From the NCBI GenBank assembly GCA_951812855.1, contig OX638337.1, forward strand, positions 360,001 through 392,000: 32,000 nt of DNA, read 5' to 3'. Positions 1 through 10,403 of this stretch are shown one piece after another. Every line of letters starts with the position of its first letter. The stretch's first letter is position 1. The position numbers were made by a program, and so were the translations under genes. The stretch comes from an uncultured Lentisphaeria bacterium (GTDB lineage Bacteria; Verrucomicrobiota; Lentisphaeria; JABSQK01; JAJFLO01). Below the pieces are notes generated by a model. The model made no database searches. It was not told the origin of the DNA and worked only from the letters and a program-made list of their open reading frames with translations.

Positions 1-44
1 ACCGTTTCAGACGTCGTTACCAGCTTGCTCAAGATTCAAAATAA
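1..44 (+). CDS. rpmE: Possible 3' end of ribosomal protein L31 (partial, runs off the left edge)
   Basis: Frame 3 reads RFRRRYQLAQDSK* (stop 42-44), resembling the GRVxRFxxRY tail of L31. rpmE is often near prfA. Only 13 residues are visible, so support is weak. Confidence 0.35.
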   Translation, partial: RFRRRYQLAQDSK

Positions 45-674
45 TGAACACGTGTATTGTCGTTCATCTGAATTCCACATCTTCAATATAAGCTTAACTC
101 ATACTAAATGTTAAGTTATAAAAAATAGTCCAATCGCCAACTTTATTATTTATACTTTAATAACAAACCTTGATTTGCATCAAGGTCATCAAGTCATTAC
201 ACAGTATATAGAACGAATATACAGACGACAGACCCAGAAGCCGTCCAAATTGACATCAGTCAATTCTTTTAAGGCATACATCCTGACAAATACCGGTTTG
301 ATTATTCCTTGCCTTTCTTCCTCTGACACACAGCTGAACAATAATGAATTAACACAACATGATATCCCTAAATCAATAGATTTCCACACTCTGTGCAAGG
401 GCAGTTATATTTCTTAAAATGATCTTTTTTAGAATTATCAACCCTTAAAATTTACTGATGAACAGCGTGCGGTATATTATGGAACTTGATCTTCCATAGG
501 CAATAATATATTAGACACGAAATAAAAGCCCGTAAATATACAAACTTCAGATGCTGTCTTTTCTTCAGGAGTGAAAAAAGGATTCGAATCATCTGAATTA
601 CTGAAAGATTATTCTTTCAGGATAATAAAGCCATTCTAAACTAAAACCTTGAATTTAATTTAATCTCAAGAGTC

Positions 675-1763
675 ATGTCAGTGATTGATATAAAACCGTT
701 AATTCAAAGAGTACGAATGAGTTTTTCCGATGTGGAAAAAAAGATATCAGATCCATCCGTTTTCGATGACCGGAAAAATTATGAAAAATTGTCAAAGGAA
801 TATCAACGACTTTCCTCATTAATAGGCAGAGTGGATGAATCAAAAAAATATGAAAAAGAACTTGCTGATAATCAATCCATGCTGGCAGATGAATCTGACG
901 ACGACTTCAAGGAAGTGATCCGCACCGAGATCGAAAGTTTAGAATCCAAAATTTCCAAGTTAAATGCTAAGATATTAACATTAATCATTCCGCCTGATGA
1001 AAATGACTCTCGAAATACAATCGTTGAAATTCGCCCGGCTGCAGGCGGAGATGAAGCCGCTTTATTTGCCGGAGATTTGTTAAGATTCTACCTGAAATTT
1101 GCAGAAAAAAATAATTGGAAATCAGAGATACTATATTTATCTGAACGGTCACTCGGCGGTATAAAAGACGTATCATTCAGCCTGACGGGCTCGAATGTAT
1201 TTCGTTATATGAAATTTGAAAGCGGTGTCCATAGAGTTCAGCGTATTCCAACGACAGAGTCATCAGGTAGAATTCACACATCAACAGTAACGGTTGCAAT
1301 TTTACCCGAAGCTAAAGAGGTCGATATACAAATCAATTCAGAAGATTTAAAAATAGACGTTTTCAGGTCATCAGGTCCAGGTGGGCAAAGCGTAAACACG
1401 ACAGATTCCGCTGTCCGTGTCACTCATATTCCCACAAATATCAGCGTCGCAAGCCAGCAGGAAAAATCTCAGCATAGAAATAAAGAAATAGCAATGAGAA
1501 TCCTTCGATCAAGAATATTGGAAATGAAACAACAGGAAGAGATGGAAAAACACGCAAAAGAAAGAAAAACACAAGTCGGAACGGGTGACAGAAGTGAACG
1601 TATCAGAACATATAATTACCCACAAAACAGAGTCACGGATCATCGTTTTGGTATATCAAATTTTAACCTTCCTGAAATCATGGAGGGTGATTTTGAAGGG
1701 TTCTTAGAACAAATCATGGCCGCAGATTCAGCGATAAAACTTGAAGCTGAGCTTGCAAAATAA
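675..1763 (+). CDS. prfA: Peptide chain release factor 1
   Basis: 362 aa. GGQ motif (SSGPGGQSVNTTDSAVRVTHIPT) and an RF1-type PxT tripeptide (RIPTTESSGRIHTS) rather than the RF2 SPF. Length is typical of RF1. Confidence 0.95.
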   Translation: MSVIDIKPLIQRVRMSFSDVEKKISDPSVFDDRKNYEKLSKEYQRLSSLIGRVDESKKYEKELADNQSMLADESDDDFKEVIRTEIESLESKISKLNAKILTLIIPPDENDSRNTIVEIRPAAGGDEAALFAGDLLRFYLKFAEKNNWKSEILYLSERSLGGIKDVSFSLTGSNVFRYMKFESGVHRVQRIPTTESSGRIHTSTVTVAILPEAKEVDIQINSEDLKIDVFRSSGPGGQSVNTTDSAVRVTHIPTNISVASQQEKSQHRNKEIAMRILRSRILEMKQQEEMEKHAKERKTQVGTGDRSERIRTYNYPQNRVTDHRFGISNFNLPEIMEGDFEGFLEQIMAADSAIKLEAELAK

Positions 1764-1820
1764 TTGTCATACCCAAAAAATAAATTTAATTCAGACTTGC
1801 TTCAACGGGTAAATGGACGG

Positions 1821-2535
1821 TTATTTTAGTGCCTGTATTGAAACCACTCTCCATATTAATTTTACCATTGTGATTCCCAATAATTTTTTGAATGGCGACC
1901 ATGCCCAATCCGCTTTCCCCTCATTTGTTTTTTTCGAGTAAAACGGTGTCAACATTCCATGCAATGTTTTACTCCCCATACCATACTCCAAATCAGATAC
2001 CGATAACGTTACATATCGGCCTTTTGGAATTTCTTCACCAGACTTAGATGTCACAATATTTGTATCTAAAAATGTTTCTGAAAGCTTAACTCGAATTTCT
2101 CCTTTATCTGTAATCGTATGGGCTGCATTTAAACATAAATTCATTTTTATATCTGCTCGAAATATGTCATTACAGATGTTGTCTTCTATTATTAGATGGG
2201 AATCCTTCCTTATATGTGATAATGCTCGTCGGAATGTTTCCTGATAATTTGCTTCCACGTCAAGACTTATTTTACCACCATAATTATTGCGTAATTCTTC
2301 GATTGTTTGCGGAAGTCCGACAATTGTTGTACATCCAGACGATATAAGAACGATATGGGTATTATTAATTTAATAATGATGGATTTCATGACAGTAACTT
2401 TGACACAGCTGTTTTATCGTGTCCTGTTTTGGGAAAAATTTTCTGCTTTTATACGGCGATGCCTCAATGTCGGTTATCTCAAGCTCTACTGATCCTAAAA
2501 TCAAACACCGGAAGTGAGTTTGGCTTAACAACTAT
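1821..2535 (-). pseudogene. Small sensor histidine kinase-like gene interrupted by an in-frame stop
   Basis: The minus-strand frame reads ...QLCQSYCHEIHHY*INNTHIVLISSG... with TAA at 2360-2362 inside an H-box-like HEI..NN segment. Downstream there is an N-box (DIKMNLCLNAAHTITDKGEIRVKL), a G1-like SDLEYGMG and PFYSKK, but the G2 GxGLGL box is replaced by KADWAWSPF. The track ORF 1821..2258 is only the 3' part. The 5' boundary is approximate. Confidence 0.45.
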
Positions 2536-2608
2536 TTACTCAATTAAAAATTATCTTGGAAAAACCAAAAAAAAAAATGATTTTTTTTCCAAAAGCAATT
2601 TTGATTAG

Positions 2609-2624
2609 ACACAATATATACTAA
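2609..2624 (+). promoter_or_regulatory. NrdR box 1 (distal)
   Basis: ACACAATATATACTAA matches the left half and AT core of the 16-bp NrdR palindrome (acaCwAtATaTwGtgt). It lies 32 bp upstream of box 2, about three helical turns, as is typical for tandem NrdR boxes. Confidence 0.6.
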
Positions 2625-2640
2625 CCTAAAGTGGTATTAA

Positions 2641-2656
2641 CCACAATATATAGTGT
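2641..2656 (+). promoter_or_regulatory. NrdR box 2 (proximal)
   Basis: CCACAATATATAGTGT is a near-perfect match to the NrdR consensus palindrome, about 145 bp upstream of the nrdA ATG in an AT-rich promoter region. Confidence 0.7.
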
Positions 2657-2800
2657 TTTTTAATAAATTAATAATTTTTAATTTTTAATTCACAAGTTAC
2701 TGCAATCACACAAGATTTAACTCCATTTTTTATTAATTTTTTATTAATCATTCACCAATTCAAATAAATTATTTTTACAGATTCAATTGAGGTTTTTAAA

Positions 2801-5671
2801 ATGATAAAAATTCAAAAAGAGATGCAGCTCGACCTGGAAGGAATAGACCCGTTAAAATATCGTGAGTTTACAGTAAGAAAGCGAAGCGGCAATCAAGAAG
2901 AATTTGATGAATCAAGGATATTTCGGGCAATTGAGAAGGCATTCAAGGCAGAAAGAGGTATACAAAATAACCAATCATTGACGGAAAAGGATCAAAAAAA
3001 CGTTCTGAGTATCTCTGAAGCCGTCACACGTAATGTGTTGGCTAATTGCATAAAAGGAGCAAGTCTGCAGGTTGAAGGAATCCAGGACGAAGTAGAAAAA
3101 GAATTAATGCTTCAAGAACACTTTTCAATTGCCCGTCTCTACATTGTCTATCGGGAAGAACATCGAAGAGTAAGACTGCTGAGAGATGACAGCAGCAGTA
3201 AAACCGAGCAGGAACTTGTCATCCATATTACGGATACATCTGACGGAACGCAAAAAGTTTTAGATACAAATAAATTAAGAGAAGAAATTTCTTATACTTG
3301 TCGATTATTAGAAGACAAATGTTCTACAGATGAGATTAGTGAAGAAGTATTTCGCACGTTATATGACGGCATCTCAGCCAATGAAATAAATAAAGCAAAA
3401 ATTCTTGCTGCCAAATCGTTAATCGAAAAGGAACCTGCATATACTTACGTAGCAGCACGACTTTTAATTAAATTAATTTATAACGAAGTATTAGGCCGGG
3501 ATCATTCATTTGAAAATATTGAAACGGAACATCGCAGCCATTTTAAAAATTACCTTCAGATTGGAATTGATGCCGGCCGATTATCTCCATCTCTTCTTGA
3601 TTTTAATATTGATCGATTAACAAATGCAATCCAAATTGACAGAGACTTGAAGTTCGCCTATATGGGGCTTCAAACTATTTATGACCGATATCTACTCCAT
3701 ATTGACGGCAAACGGATTGAAACTCCCCAATACTTTTGGATGCGTGTTGCTATGGGTATCGCATTAAATGAAAAAGACGAAAAAGATAAACGTGCAATAG
3801 AATTCTATAACGTCCTTTCATCGTTTTACTTTACATCGTCTACCCCTACCCTGTTTAACGCCGGGACACTTCATCCTCAATTAAGCTCGTGTTATTTATC
3901 TACAATCCGGGATAACCTCGAACACATTTTCAAAGTCATTTCTGATGATGCTATGCTTTCAAAATGGGCCGGAGGCCTGGGTAACGACTGGAGTTATATT
4001 CGTTCTGCAGGAGCCTATATCAAAGGAACGAATGGTAAAAGTCAGGGAGTCATCCCATTCCTTAAAGTTGCAAATGATACAGCCGTCGCGGTCAACCAGG
4101 GTGGTAAGCGAAAAGGAGCAATGTGTGCTTATCTTGAAACCTGGCATCTTGATATCGAGGATTTTCTTGAATTACGTAAAAATACCGGAGATGAACGTAG
4201 ACGTACCCACGATATGAATACTGCGAACTGGATCCCGGATTTGTTTATGAAACGCGTTATTGAAGAATCCCACTGGACTCTGTTCAGTCCGAGTGACGTG
4301 CCGGATTTGCATGATCTCTACGGTCAGGCATTTGAAGACAGATATGTTGAGTACGAAAAAATGGCGGAAAAAGGTAAAATAGATCAATTTAAAAAAGTCG
4401 AAGCGATTCAAATATGGCGGAAAATGTTGTCGATGTTATTTGAAACAGGCCATCCCTGGATCACGTTTAAGGATCCTTCTAATATCCGGTCGCCACAAGA
4501 CCATACCGGGGTTGTGCACAGTTCTAATTTATGTACTGAAATTTTGCTCAACACCAGTGAAAAGGAAACCGCAGTATGCAATCTGGGATCGATAAATCTC
4601 CCGGCACACGTAACAAATAGCGGATTGAATGAAACGTTACTGTCCCAAACAATCGGCACAGCGATTCGTATGCTTGATAATGTTATTGATATTAATTTTT
4701 ACCCAACCAGAGAAGCCGGGGAAGCTAATTTTAACCATCGTCCAATTGGTTTAGGGCTTATGGGATTTCAGGATGCATTGTACAAACTGGACATCAGCTA
4801 TGCCAGTGAAGAAGCGGTGGAATTTGCAGACAAGAGTATGGAAATGATTTCATATTATGCAATTCTTTCATCATCAAAACTGGCAAAGGAGAAAGGGCAA
4901 TACAAAAGTTACGAGGGCTCAAAGTGGAGTCGGGGTATTTTACCAATGGACACCCTGGCACTTCTTGCTAAAGAAAGAGGAATGGAAATAGACGTCGATC
5001 AATCTTCAAATATGGATTGGAGTGTTGTCCGCAAATCGGTCGCAGAAAACGGGATGCGAAACAGTAATACAATGGCAATAGCACCGACAGCAACGATTTC
5101 AAATATCACAGGTATTACCCAGTCTATTGAACCCGCATATAAAAATTTATTTGCCAAATCAAACTTATCCGGAGAATTTACAGTTATAAATACCTATTTA
5201 GTAGACGATCTCAAAAATCTTGAGCTGTGGGATGATGAAATGCTGGAGGATCTAAAATATTATGACGGCTCTATTCAGGAAGTTGATCGCGTACCGGATC
5301 ATATCAAATTAAAATATCTTACCGCTTTTGAGGTTGATCCAAAATGGGTTGTCGATTGTGCAAGCCAGAGACAAAAATGGATTGACATGGGACAATCACT
5401 GAATCTATATATTGCTGAACCAAGTGGAAAACAATTGAGTGATATGTACATTTCAGCGTGGAAGAAAGGCTTGAAAACGACATATTACCTGCGCTCAGTT
5501 GCTGCAACACAAATTGAAAAGTCAACTGTAGATGTTAACAGACGTGGTATTCAACCGCGTTGGATGAAAAATAAATCTGCGTCAAGTAACATTGTTATAC
5601 AAAGAAACCAACCCGGTGAATTGCCAAAAGCCTGCAGCATCCAGGATTCAGATTGTGAATCCTGTCAATAG
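2801..5671 (+). CDS. nrdA: Class I ribonucleoside-diphosphate reductase alpha subunit with N-terminal ATP-cone
   Basis: 956 aa. ATP-cone ([24 protein letters not shown] ... IQDEVEKEL ... YIVYREEHR). Catalytic region motifs are LSSCYL, NLCTEI and GLGLMGF. C-terminal redox cysteine pair CESCQ. RBS-like GAGG upstream. Confidence 0.95.
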   Translation: MIKIQKEMQLDLEGIDPLKYREFTVRKRSGNQEEFDESRIFRAIEKAFKAERGIQNNQSLTEKDQKNVLSISEAVTRNVLANCIKGASLQVEGIQDEVEKELMLQEHFSIARLYIVYREEHRRVRLLRDDSSSKTEQELVIHITDTSDGTQKVLDTNKLREEISYTCRLLEDKCSTDEISEEVFRTLYDGISANEINKAKILAAKSLIEKEPAYTYVAARLLIKLIYNEVLGRDHSFENIETEHRSHFKNYLQIGIDAGRLSPSLLDFNIDRLTNAIQIDRDLKFAYMGLQTIYDRYLLHIDGKRIETPQYFWMRVAMGIALNEKDEKDKRAIEFYNVLSSFYFTSSTPTLFNAGTLHPQLSSCYLSTIRDNLEHIFKVISDDAMLSKWAGGLGNDWSYIRSAGAYIKGTNGKSQGVIPFLKVANDTAVAVNQGGKRKGAMCAYLETWHLDIEDFLELRKNTGDERRRTHDMNTANWIPDLFMKRVIEESHWTLFSPSDVPDLHDLYGQAFEDRYVEYEKMAEKGKIDQFKKVEAIQIWRKMLSMLFETGHPWITFKDPSNIRSPQDHTGVVHSSNLCTEILLNTSEKETAVCNLGSINLPAHVTNSGLNETLLSQTIGTAIRMLDNVIDINFYPTREAGEANFNHRPIGLGLMGFQDALYKLDISYASEEAVEFADKSMEMISYYAILSSSKLAKEKGQYKSYEGSKWSRGILPMDTLALLAKERGMEIDVDQSSNMDWSVVRKSVAENGMRNSNTMAIAPTATISNITGITQSIEPAYKNLFAKSNLSGEFTVINTYLVDDLKNLELWDDEMLEDLKYYDGSIQEVDRVPDHIKLKYLTAFEVDPKWVVDCASQRQKWIDMGQSLNLYIAEPSGKQLSDMYISAWKKGLKTTYYLRSVAATQIEKSTVDVNRRGIQPRWMKNKSASSNIVIQRNQPGELPKACSIQDSDCESCQ

Positions 5672-5710
5672 TTTAAATCACTAAAAAATTAATTTTAAGG
5701 AGTCCTGAAT

Positions 5711-6772
5711 ATGTCATGTTGCACCGAATCGGATCGCCCGGCTGAGTTACACGACCTGACAAAACGTATAAACGCAGAAGACAAACGATTAGTTAACTGC
5801 AACAGTGTCGATGTGAATCAATTAATGCCATTGAAATACAAGTGGGCCTGGGAACACTATCTTAATGGCTGTGCAAATAATTGGCTGCCCAATGAAGTTC
5901 CTATGCAGCGCGATATAGAATTGTGGAAATCCGGTGAGTTAACCGATGGTGAACGTAAAGTGATCATGCGTAATTTAGGATTCTTCAGTACTGCTGAGAG
6001 TCTGGTAGGAAATAATATCGTCCTGGCAATTTATAAGCATATAACAAATCCGGAAGCACGACAATATCTTTTACGCCAGGCATTTGAAGAAGCAGTCCAT
6101 ACGCATACGTTTCATTATATTGTTGAATCCTTAAACCTTGATCAACGAGAAGTATTTAATATGTATCATGAGGTAAGTTCCATCAGTAATAAAGATGAAT
6201 TTGAAATGAAAATGACTGTGGATATCCTTAAAACTGATTTTACCACAGACACACGTGAAGGTCTGCAAACGTTTATAGAAAACCTAATTGGATTTTATGT
6301 TATAATGGAAGGAATATTTTTCTATAGCGGTTTTGCAATGATTTTATCGATGCATCGTCGCAATTTAATGACGGGGATTGGTGAGCAGTTTCAATATATC
6401 CTCCGTGACGAAACCATCCATTTAAATTTTGGTATTGATTTAATTAATACCATTCGTTCTGAAAATCCTGATGTTTGGGATAGTAAATTTGAGGAACATG
6501 TCTATGAATTAATTGATACTGCAGTTGAACTTGAAATCCGATATGCAGCCGACTGCCTGCCTAATGGTATATTGGGATTGAATGCAGGCATGTTTCATGA
6601 GTATGTACACCATATTGCCAACCGACGTCTGGAACGTATTGGACTTAATGCCAGATATGAGGGAGATAATCCATTTCCCTGGATGAGTGAAACTATTGAC
6701 CTGGGAAAAGAGAAGAACTTTTTTGAAACCAGAGTAACAGAATATCAAACTGCCGGATCATTGACTTGGTAA
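5711..6772 (+). CDS. nrdB: Class I ribonucleotide reductase beta subunit, class Ic-type (Glu for Asp ligand, Phe at the radical Tyr position)
   Basis: 353 aa. Metal ligands are FFSTAES (E96), EEAVH (E127, H130), EGIFFYSGF and RDETIH. The residue four positions after H130 is F134 (ttt, 6110-6112) where class Ia has the radical Tyr. AAGGAG RBS at 5696-5701. Confidence 0.9.
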   Translation: MSCCTESDRPAELHDLTKRINAEDKRLVNCNSVDVNQLMPLKYKWAWEHYLNGCANNWLPNEVPMQRDIELWKSGELTDGERKVIMRNLGFFSTAESLVGNNIVLAIYKHITNPEARQYLLRQAFEEAVHTHTFHYIVESLNLDQREVFNMYHEVSSISNKDEFEMKMTVDILKTDFTTDTREGLQTFIENLIGFYVIMEGIFFYSGFAMILSMHRRNLMTGIGEQFQYILRDETIHLNFGIDLINTIRSENPDVWDSKFEEHVYELIDTAVELEIRYAADCLPNGILGLNAGMFHEYVHHIANRRLERIGLNARYEGDNPFPWMSETIDLGKEKNFFETRVTEYQTAGSLTW

Positions 6773-6794
6773 TTATGATTAGATTATTCCAACC

Positions 6795-7842
6795 GTGCCC
6801 GATAATTATAACGCAACTTATAATGTTGCTTGTTTTATTACATCCCATGGGTTTGGGCATGCCGCCCGGTCAGTTGCTATTATGGAGAGACTCTCCAAAT
6901 TAGGGATTGATATTCATTTCAAAATATTTTCCCGTATTCCCGAATGGTTTGTAATTGATTCTTTTTCGGGAAGCTACACCTGTCATAGTTGCCTGACTGA
7001 TATTGGGTTAATCCAAAAACCCCCATTACATACAGACCTGGAACTGACATTAAATGCATTAGATGATTTTTTGCCATTCAGTGAATTATTGATAAATACT
7101 TATGCTCAGGAATTAGTTGAGTCGAAATGCAATTTAATCATTTCTGATATCTCACCATTAGGTTTAGAAATTTCAGTCCAAACAAACATACCGTCAGTGC
7201 TGATTGAAAATTTTACCTGGGATTGGATTTACGAACCGTATATCCATCATCATGATCAATTTCAATATTACGTGAATTATCTCAAAAACATTTTTCAAAA
7301 CGCAAATTACCATGTCCAAACAGAACCTGTATGTAATCTTATGTAATCTAAAGAATCCACAATTGATAACCAATCCAGTTTCAAGAAGCAATGGAAACCC
7401 GCCTGAATTAATTCGAGACAAGTTAGATATTTCCGATGATAAAAGTGTGATGTTAATCACGATGGGTGGAATTCAAGATACCTATTCTTTTACTAATCAA
7501 CTTCCTCTATTCTCCGATACTTTTTTCATTGTCCCGGGAGGCAGTGATAAGATTTCCAAAGGTGAAAATTTCGTTTTACTGCTGCCGCATAGGCCTGAAT
7601 ATTATCACCCTGATCTGATTAATTCAGCATATGCTGTTATAAGTAAAATCGGATATAGTACATTAGCAGAAGCGTTTTACACTGGCTGTTCTCTTGGTTA
7701 TATTCTGCGTCCGGGCTTTAGGGAATCTGACCAGATAATACCTTATATTAAAGAAAACTTTAATAGACTTTTGATCCCTGAATCTGAATTTTATTCTGGT
7801 TCGTGGATGATTCAAACAGGAGAGTTAAAAGCCTTTCCATAA
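6795..7842 (+). pseudogene. GT-B fold glycosyltransferase (GT1/GT28-like), split by a frameshift
   Basis: ORFs 6795..7346 (N-terminal ITSHGFGHAARSVAIMERL motif) and 7312..7842 (C-terminal VMLITMGG ... ISKIGYSTLAEA) are the two halves of one GT-B enzyme in different frames, overlapping at 7312-7346. The frame also stays open past the TAA at 7840-7842 to 7929 (weak evidence for a second lesion). Confidence 0.6.
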
Positions 7843-8027
7843 ACAAATAGAAATATTCCAAATGAAGCAGACCAGATATCAGAATTTATAGTTAATATTC
7901 TCAAAAAACCAGATCCCGATATTTCATAATAATAATTTCCTCTTTACAACTGACAGGAAGTTTTATCCACTGACAAATTACTGTTTGAAGTCAGTTGAAT
8001 AATCCAATTAATTAAGGCCCAATAATA

Positions 8028-8852
8028 ATGATCAAAAACATATTAATTACAGGATGTTCTTCAGGAATTGGTTTTGAAACAGCAAAAACCCTGCAAAATC
8101 GAGGCTATAAAGTCATTGCGACAGTCCGGAAGATTGACGATGCAACACAATTGAAAAAATTGGGGATTGACGTTGTAATTATGGATGTTACAGATAGCAA
8201 TTCGATCGATAAAGGATTAGCAGAAACATTGACATTAACAGGTGGATCGCTCTATGCCCTGTTTAATAACGCCGGATTTGGGATTCCCGGTGCAGTCGAA
8301 GATCTTAATCGAGAAGCATTACGTGTGCAATTTGAAACAAACCTGTTAGGTCCATTTGAATTGATATCCAAAATTTTGCCCACCATGAGACAGCAGGGCT
8401 ATGGACGCATTATTCAAAATAGTTCAATCTTAGGCAGAGTTGTTTTACCTTTAAGAGGTGCATATAACGCAAGCAAGTTCGCGATGGAAGGATTAAGCGA
8501 TACATTGAGACTTGAATTAACCGGCACTGAAATATTTGTATCCCTGATTGAGCCCGGTCCAATAGAAAGTAATTTTCGCAAAAATTCTTATAACGCATTT
8601 TTACACTATGTCGCCACAAAAGAAAGTGTATTTCAGAAACAGTATGAACAAATGAAAACCCGACTTACTAAAGACGGAAAAGCTGTACCATTCACACTTC
8701 CCGCATCATCGGTTGTTTCCAAAGTGATCCATGCCCTTGAATGCAACTCCCCTAAACCAAGATATTACGTAACCTTTCCAACCTATTTGTTTTTATTTTT
8801 AAACTATATCCTGCCAACACGGATCCTGGACAAATTTTTGCTGAAAATATAA
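8028..8852 (+). CDS. Short-chain dehydrogenase/reductase (classical SDR)
   Basis: 274 aa. Cofactor motif ITGCSSGIGFETA (TGxxxGxG), NNAG, and catalytic YNASK (YxxxK). Confidence 0.9.
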   Translation: MIKNILITGCSSGIGFETAKTLQNRGYKVIATVRKIDDATQLKKLGIDVVIMDVTDSNSIDKGLAETLTLTGGSLYALFNNAGFGIPGAVEDLNREALRVQFETNLLGPFELISKILPTMRQQGYGRIIQNSSILGRVVLPLRGAYNASKFAMEGLSDTLRLELTGTEIFVSLIEPGPIESNFRKNSYNAFLHYVATKESVFQKQYEQMKTRLTKDGKAVPFTLPASSVVSKVIHALECNSPKPRYYVTFPTYLFLFLNYILPTRILDKFLLKI

Positions 8853-9074
8853 TCTGACTGTCTAAATCACATGATGTTTCAACCAACCTGTGAAATTCCC
8901 AAATCGCACATCAAAGAATTAGATAATTTCCTTTGTAATCAGTCGATCATTAAAAACGATCTAATATACTTTTATTCAATATTTTATGTTATATATCAGT
9001 AATGTTTTTGACCGTTATTTTGAGGGTGTAACGGAAAGAGACTCGATAAAGAAATCCGGTTGTCCAGGCTTAAT

Positions 9075-10403
9075 TTATGCCAATTCACACGTGATTTTTT
9101 CCTGCGGATTATCAGCTTTCAGGCTGGCAATGGCCACAATCAGGGGAGCCATTCCACAAATAATTAAAATTGAAATATAACTACTTGTCAGTGATTGACC
9201 GAGACTGAATACAACCGGCCCAACAGCACTGGCAAAGACTATGATCGACATGTTCAGGCTGGAAATCGCTCCTAAATGTTTTCTGCCAAAGAATCGCGGC
9301 CAGGTAACGGTAACCAAAGTTGAAAAAATGCCGCCGGAAATACCGTATCCGATACTAAAGAGTGCCTGCCCAAAATGACTGCCCAAATAAAGAAGCGCCA
9401 ATGTCCCTGTTGACAGAGATATCTGCTGAATCATCAACAGCCATTTTAGTTTAACCTGATCACTGATCCATCCACTAAGCAAACTGCCCATTATAGCAAA
9501 ACCTGACATCGGCAAAAACAATTGGAATACTTCAGGTCGACTTAATCCAACGCCGGATCCAATTGACGCAATATGAAATGTCACTGCCGTAATAACGAGT
9601 GCCTGTGCTGATAATCCGGCACTGAACAACCAGAATGATCGTGTTTGCAATGCTTCTGATCGGTTAAATTCCTTTCTTGTATTCGGAATTTTCCCGGACA
9701 TTTTATTTAACCATGCGGGATCATCATTGCCATCCATAACCAGACCACAATCTTCCGGAGCGTCCCGATAGAATATCCAACTGATAAGAGAGACAAATAT
9801 ACCAACTGCCACCGCTAAAATAATACTCACCTCTTTCCAGCCATACGATTGGATTAGTGAATTCAAATATAGAGGGGATGCATTGAAACTAAAGGTAACA
9901 AAAATACCCGAAATTGCAGTCGCCAATCCGCGTCTGTGATTGAACCATTTACCAATAGCAATTCGGGAGATCACAGTCAGACACCCCTGACCAAAAAATC
10001 GGATCAACATAAACGTTATAATAATAACTGTCATGACAAAGGCCGTTGATCGTACTGTCTTCAAATTAATTACATACTCAAGACTTGCCAGGGTTGCCAG
10101 ACTGAATCCGAGCCCAATTGATACAACAACCACCATTATTCGAATTCCAAATCGATCAATCGCTCTCCCGGCGAAAGGCAAAATAAAACTGCTGCCCATC
10201 GTTCCTGCCATATAAGCCGCACTGAGTTGCACCCGGGAAATTCCCAGTGACATAATTAGGAAATCGGCAAAGACTCCCACACCAATCGTCTGTCCGGGGA
10301 TGCTTGCAATCATTGTGACGGTTGCAGCCAACATGATAATCCATCCATAGAAGAATGGACATCGATTCGGCCTGAATGGAATATTGTTCCAGGAAAAAGA
10401 CAT
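9075..10403 (-). CDS. MFS transporter
   Basis: 442 aa with about 12 hydrophobic segments. MFS loop motif GRAIDRFGIR between TM2 and TM3. A central hydrophilic loop splits two six-helix halves. Confidence 0.85.
   Translation of the reverse strand: MSFSWNNIPFRPNRCPFFYGWIIMLAATVTMIASIPGQTIGVGVFADFLIMSLGISRVQLSAAYMAGTMGSSFILPFAGRAIDRFGIRIMVVVVSIGLGFSLATLASLEYVINLKTVRSTAFVMTVIIITFMLIRFFGQGCLTVISRIAIGKWFNHRRGLATAISGIFVTFSFNASPLYLNSLIQSYGWKEVSIILAVAVGIFVSLISWIFYRDAPEDCGLVMDGNDDPAWLNKMSGKIPNTRKEFNRSEALQTRSFWLFSAGLSAQALVITAVTFHIASIGSGVGLSRPEVFQLFLPMSGFAIMGSLLSGWISDQVKLKWLLMIQQISLSTGTLALLYLGSHFGQALFSIGYGISGGIFSTLVTVTWPRFFGRKHLGAISSLNMSIIVFASAVGPVVFSLGQSLTSSYISILIICGMAPLIVAIASLKADNPQEKITCELA

Noticed and set aside
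175-417. Track ORFs 175..417 (+, 80 aa) and 189..398 (-, 69 aa).
   Set aside because: They overlap each other on opposite strands. Neither has an RBS or recognisable motifs, and the + ORF has a TTG start. Their composition is typical of random ORFs in AT-rich DNA.
565-585. GGATTCGAATC resembling a tRNA T-loop (GGTTCGAATCC).
   Set aside because: The flanking bases do not form a T-stem, and no acceptor or anticodon arms can be drawn. I found no tRNA in the window.
2567-2588. A11-tga-T8 homopolymer pair between the kinase pseudogene and the nrdA promoter, considered as a terminator or a slipped-strand phase-variation tract.
   Set aside because: It would form only a pure A:T hairpin with negligible stability, and it is not within or immediately upstream of an intact coding sequence. 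Homopolymer runs of 8-11 are frequent in this AT-rich sequence (for example 31011-31020).
3945-4659. Multiple short ORFs on both strands inside nrdA, with similar antisense ORFs inside nrdB, wzm, wzt, the glycosyltransferases, asnB and the porin gene.
   Set aside because: They are shadow ORFs within strongly supported conserved genes.
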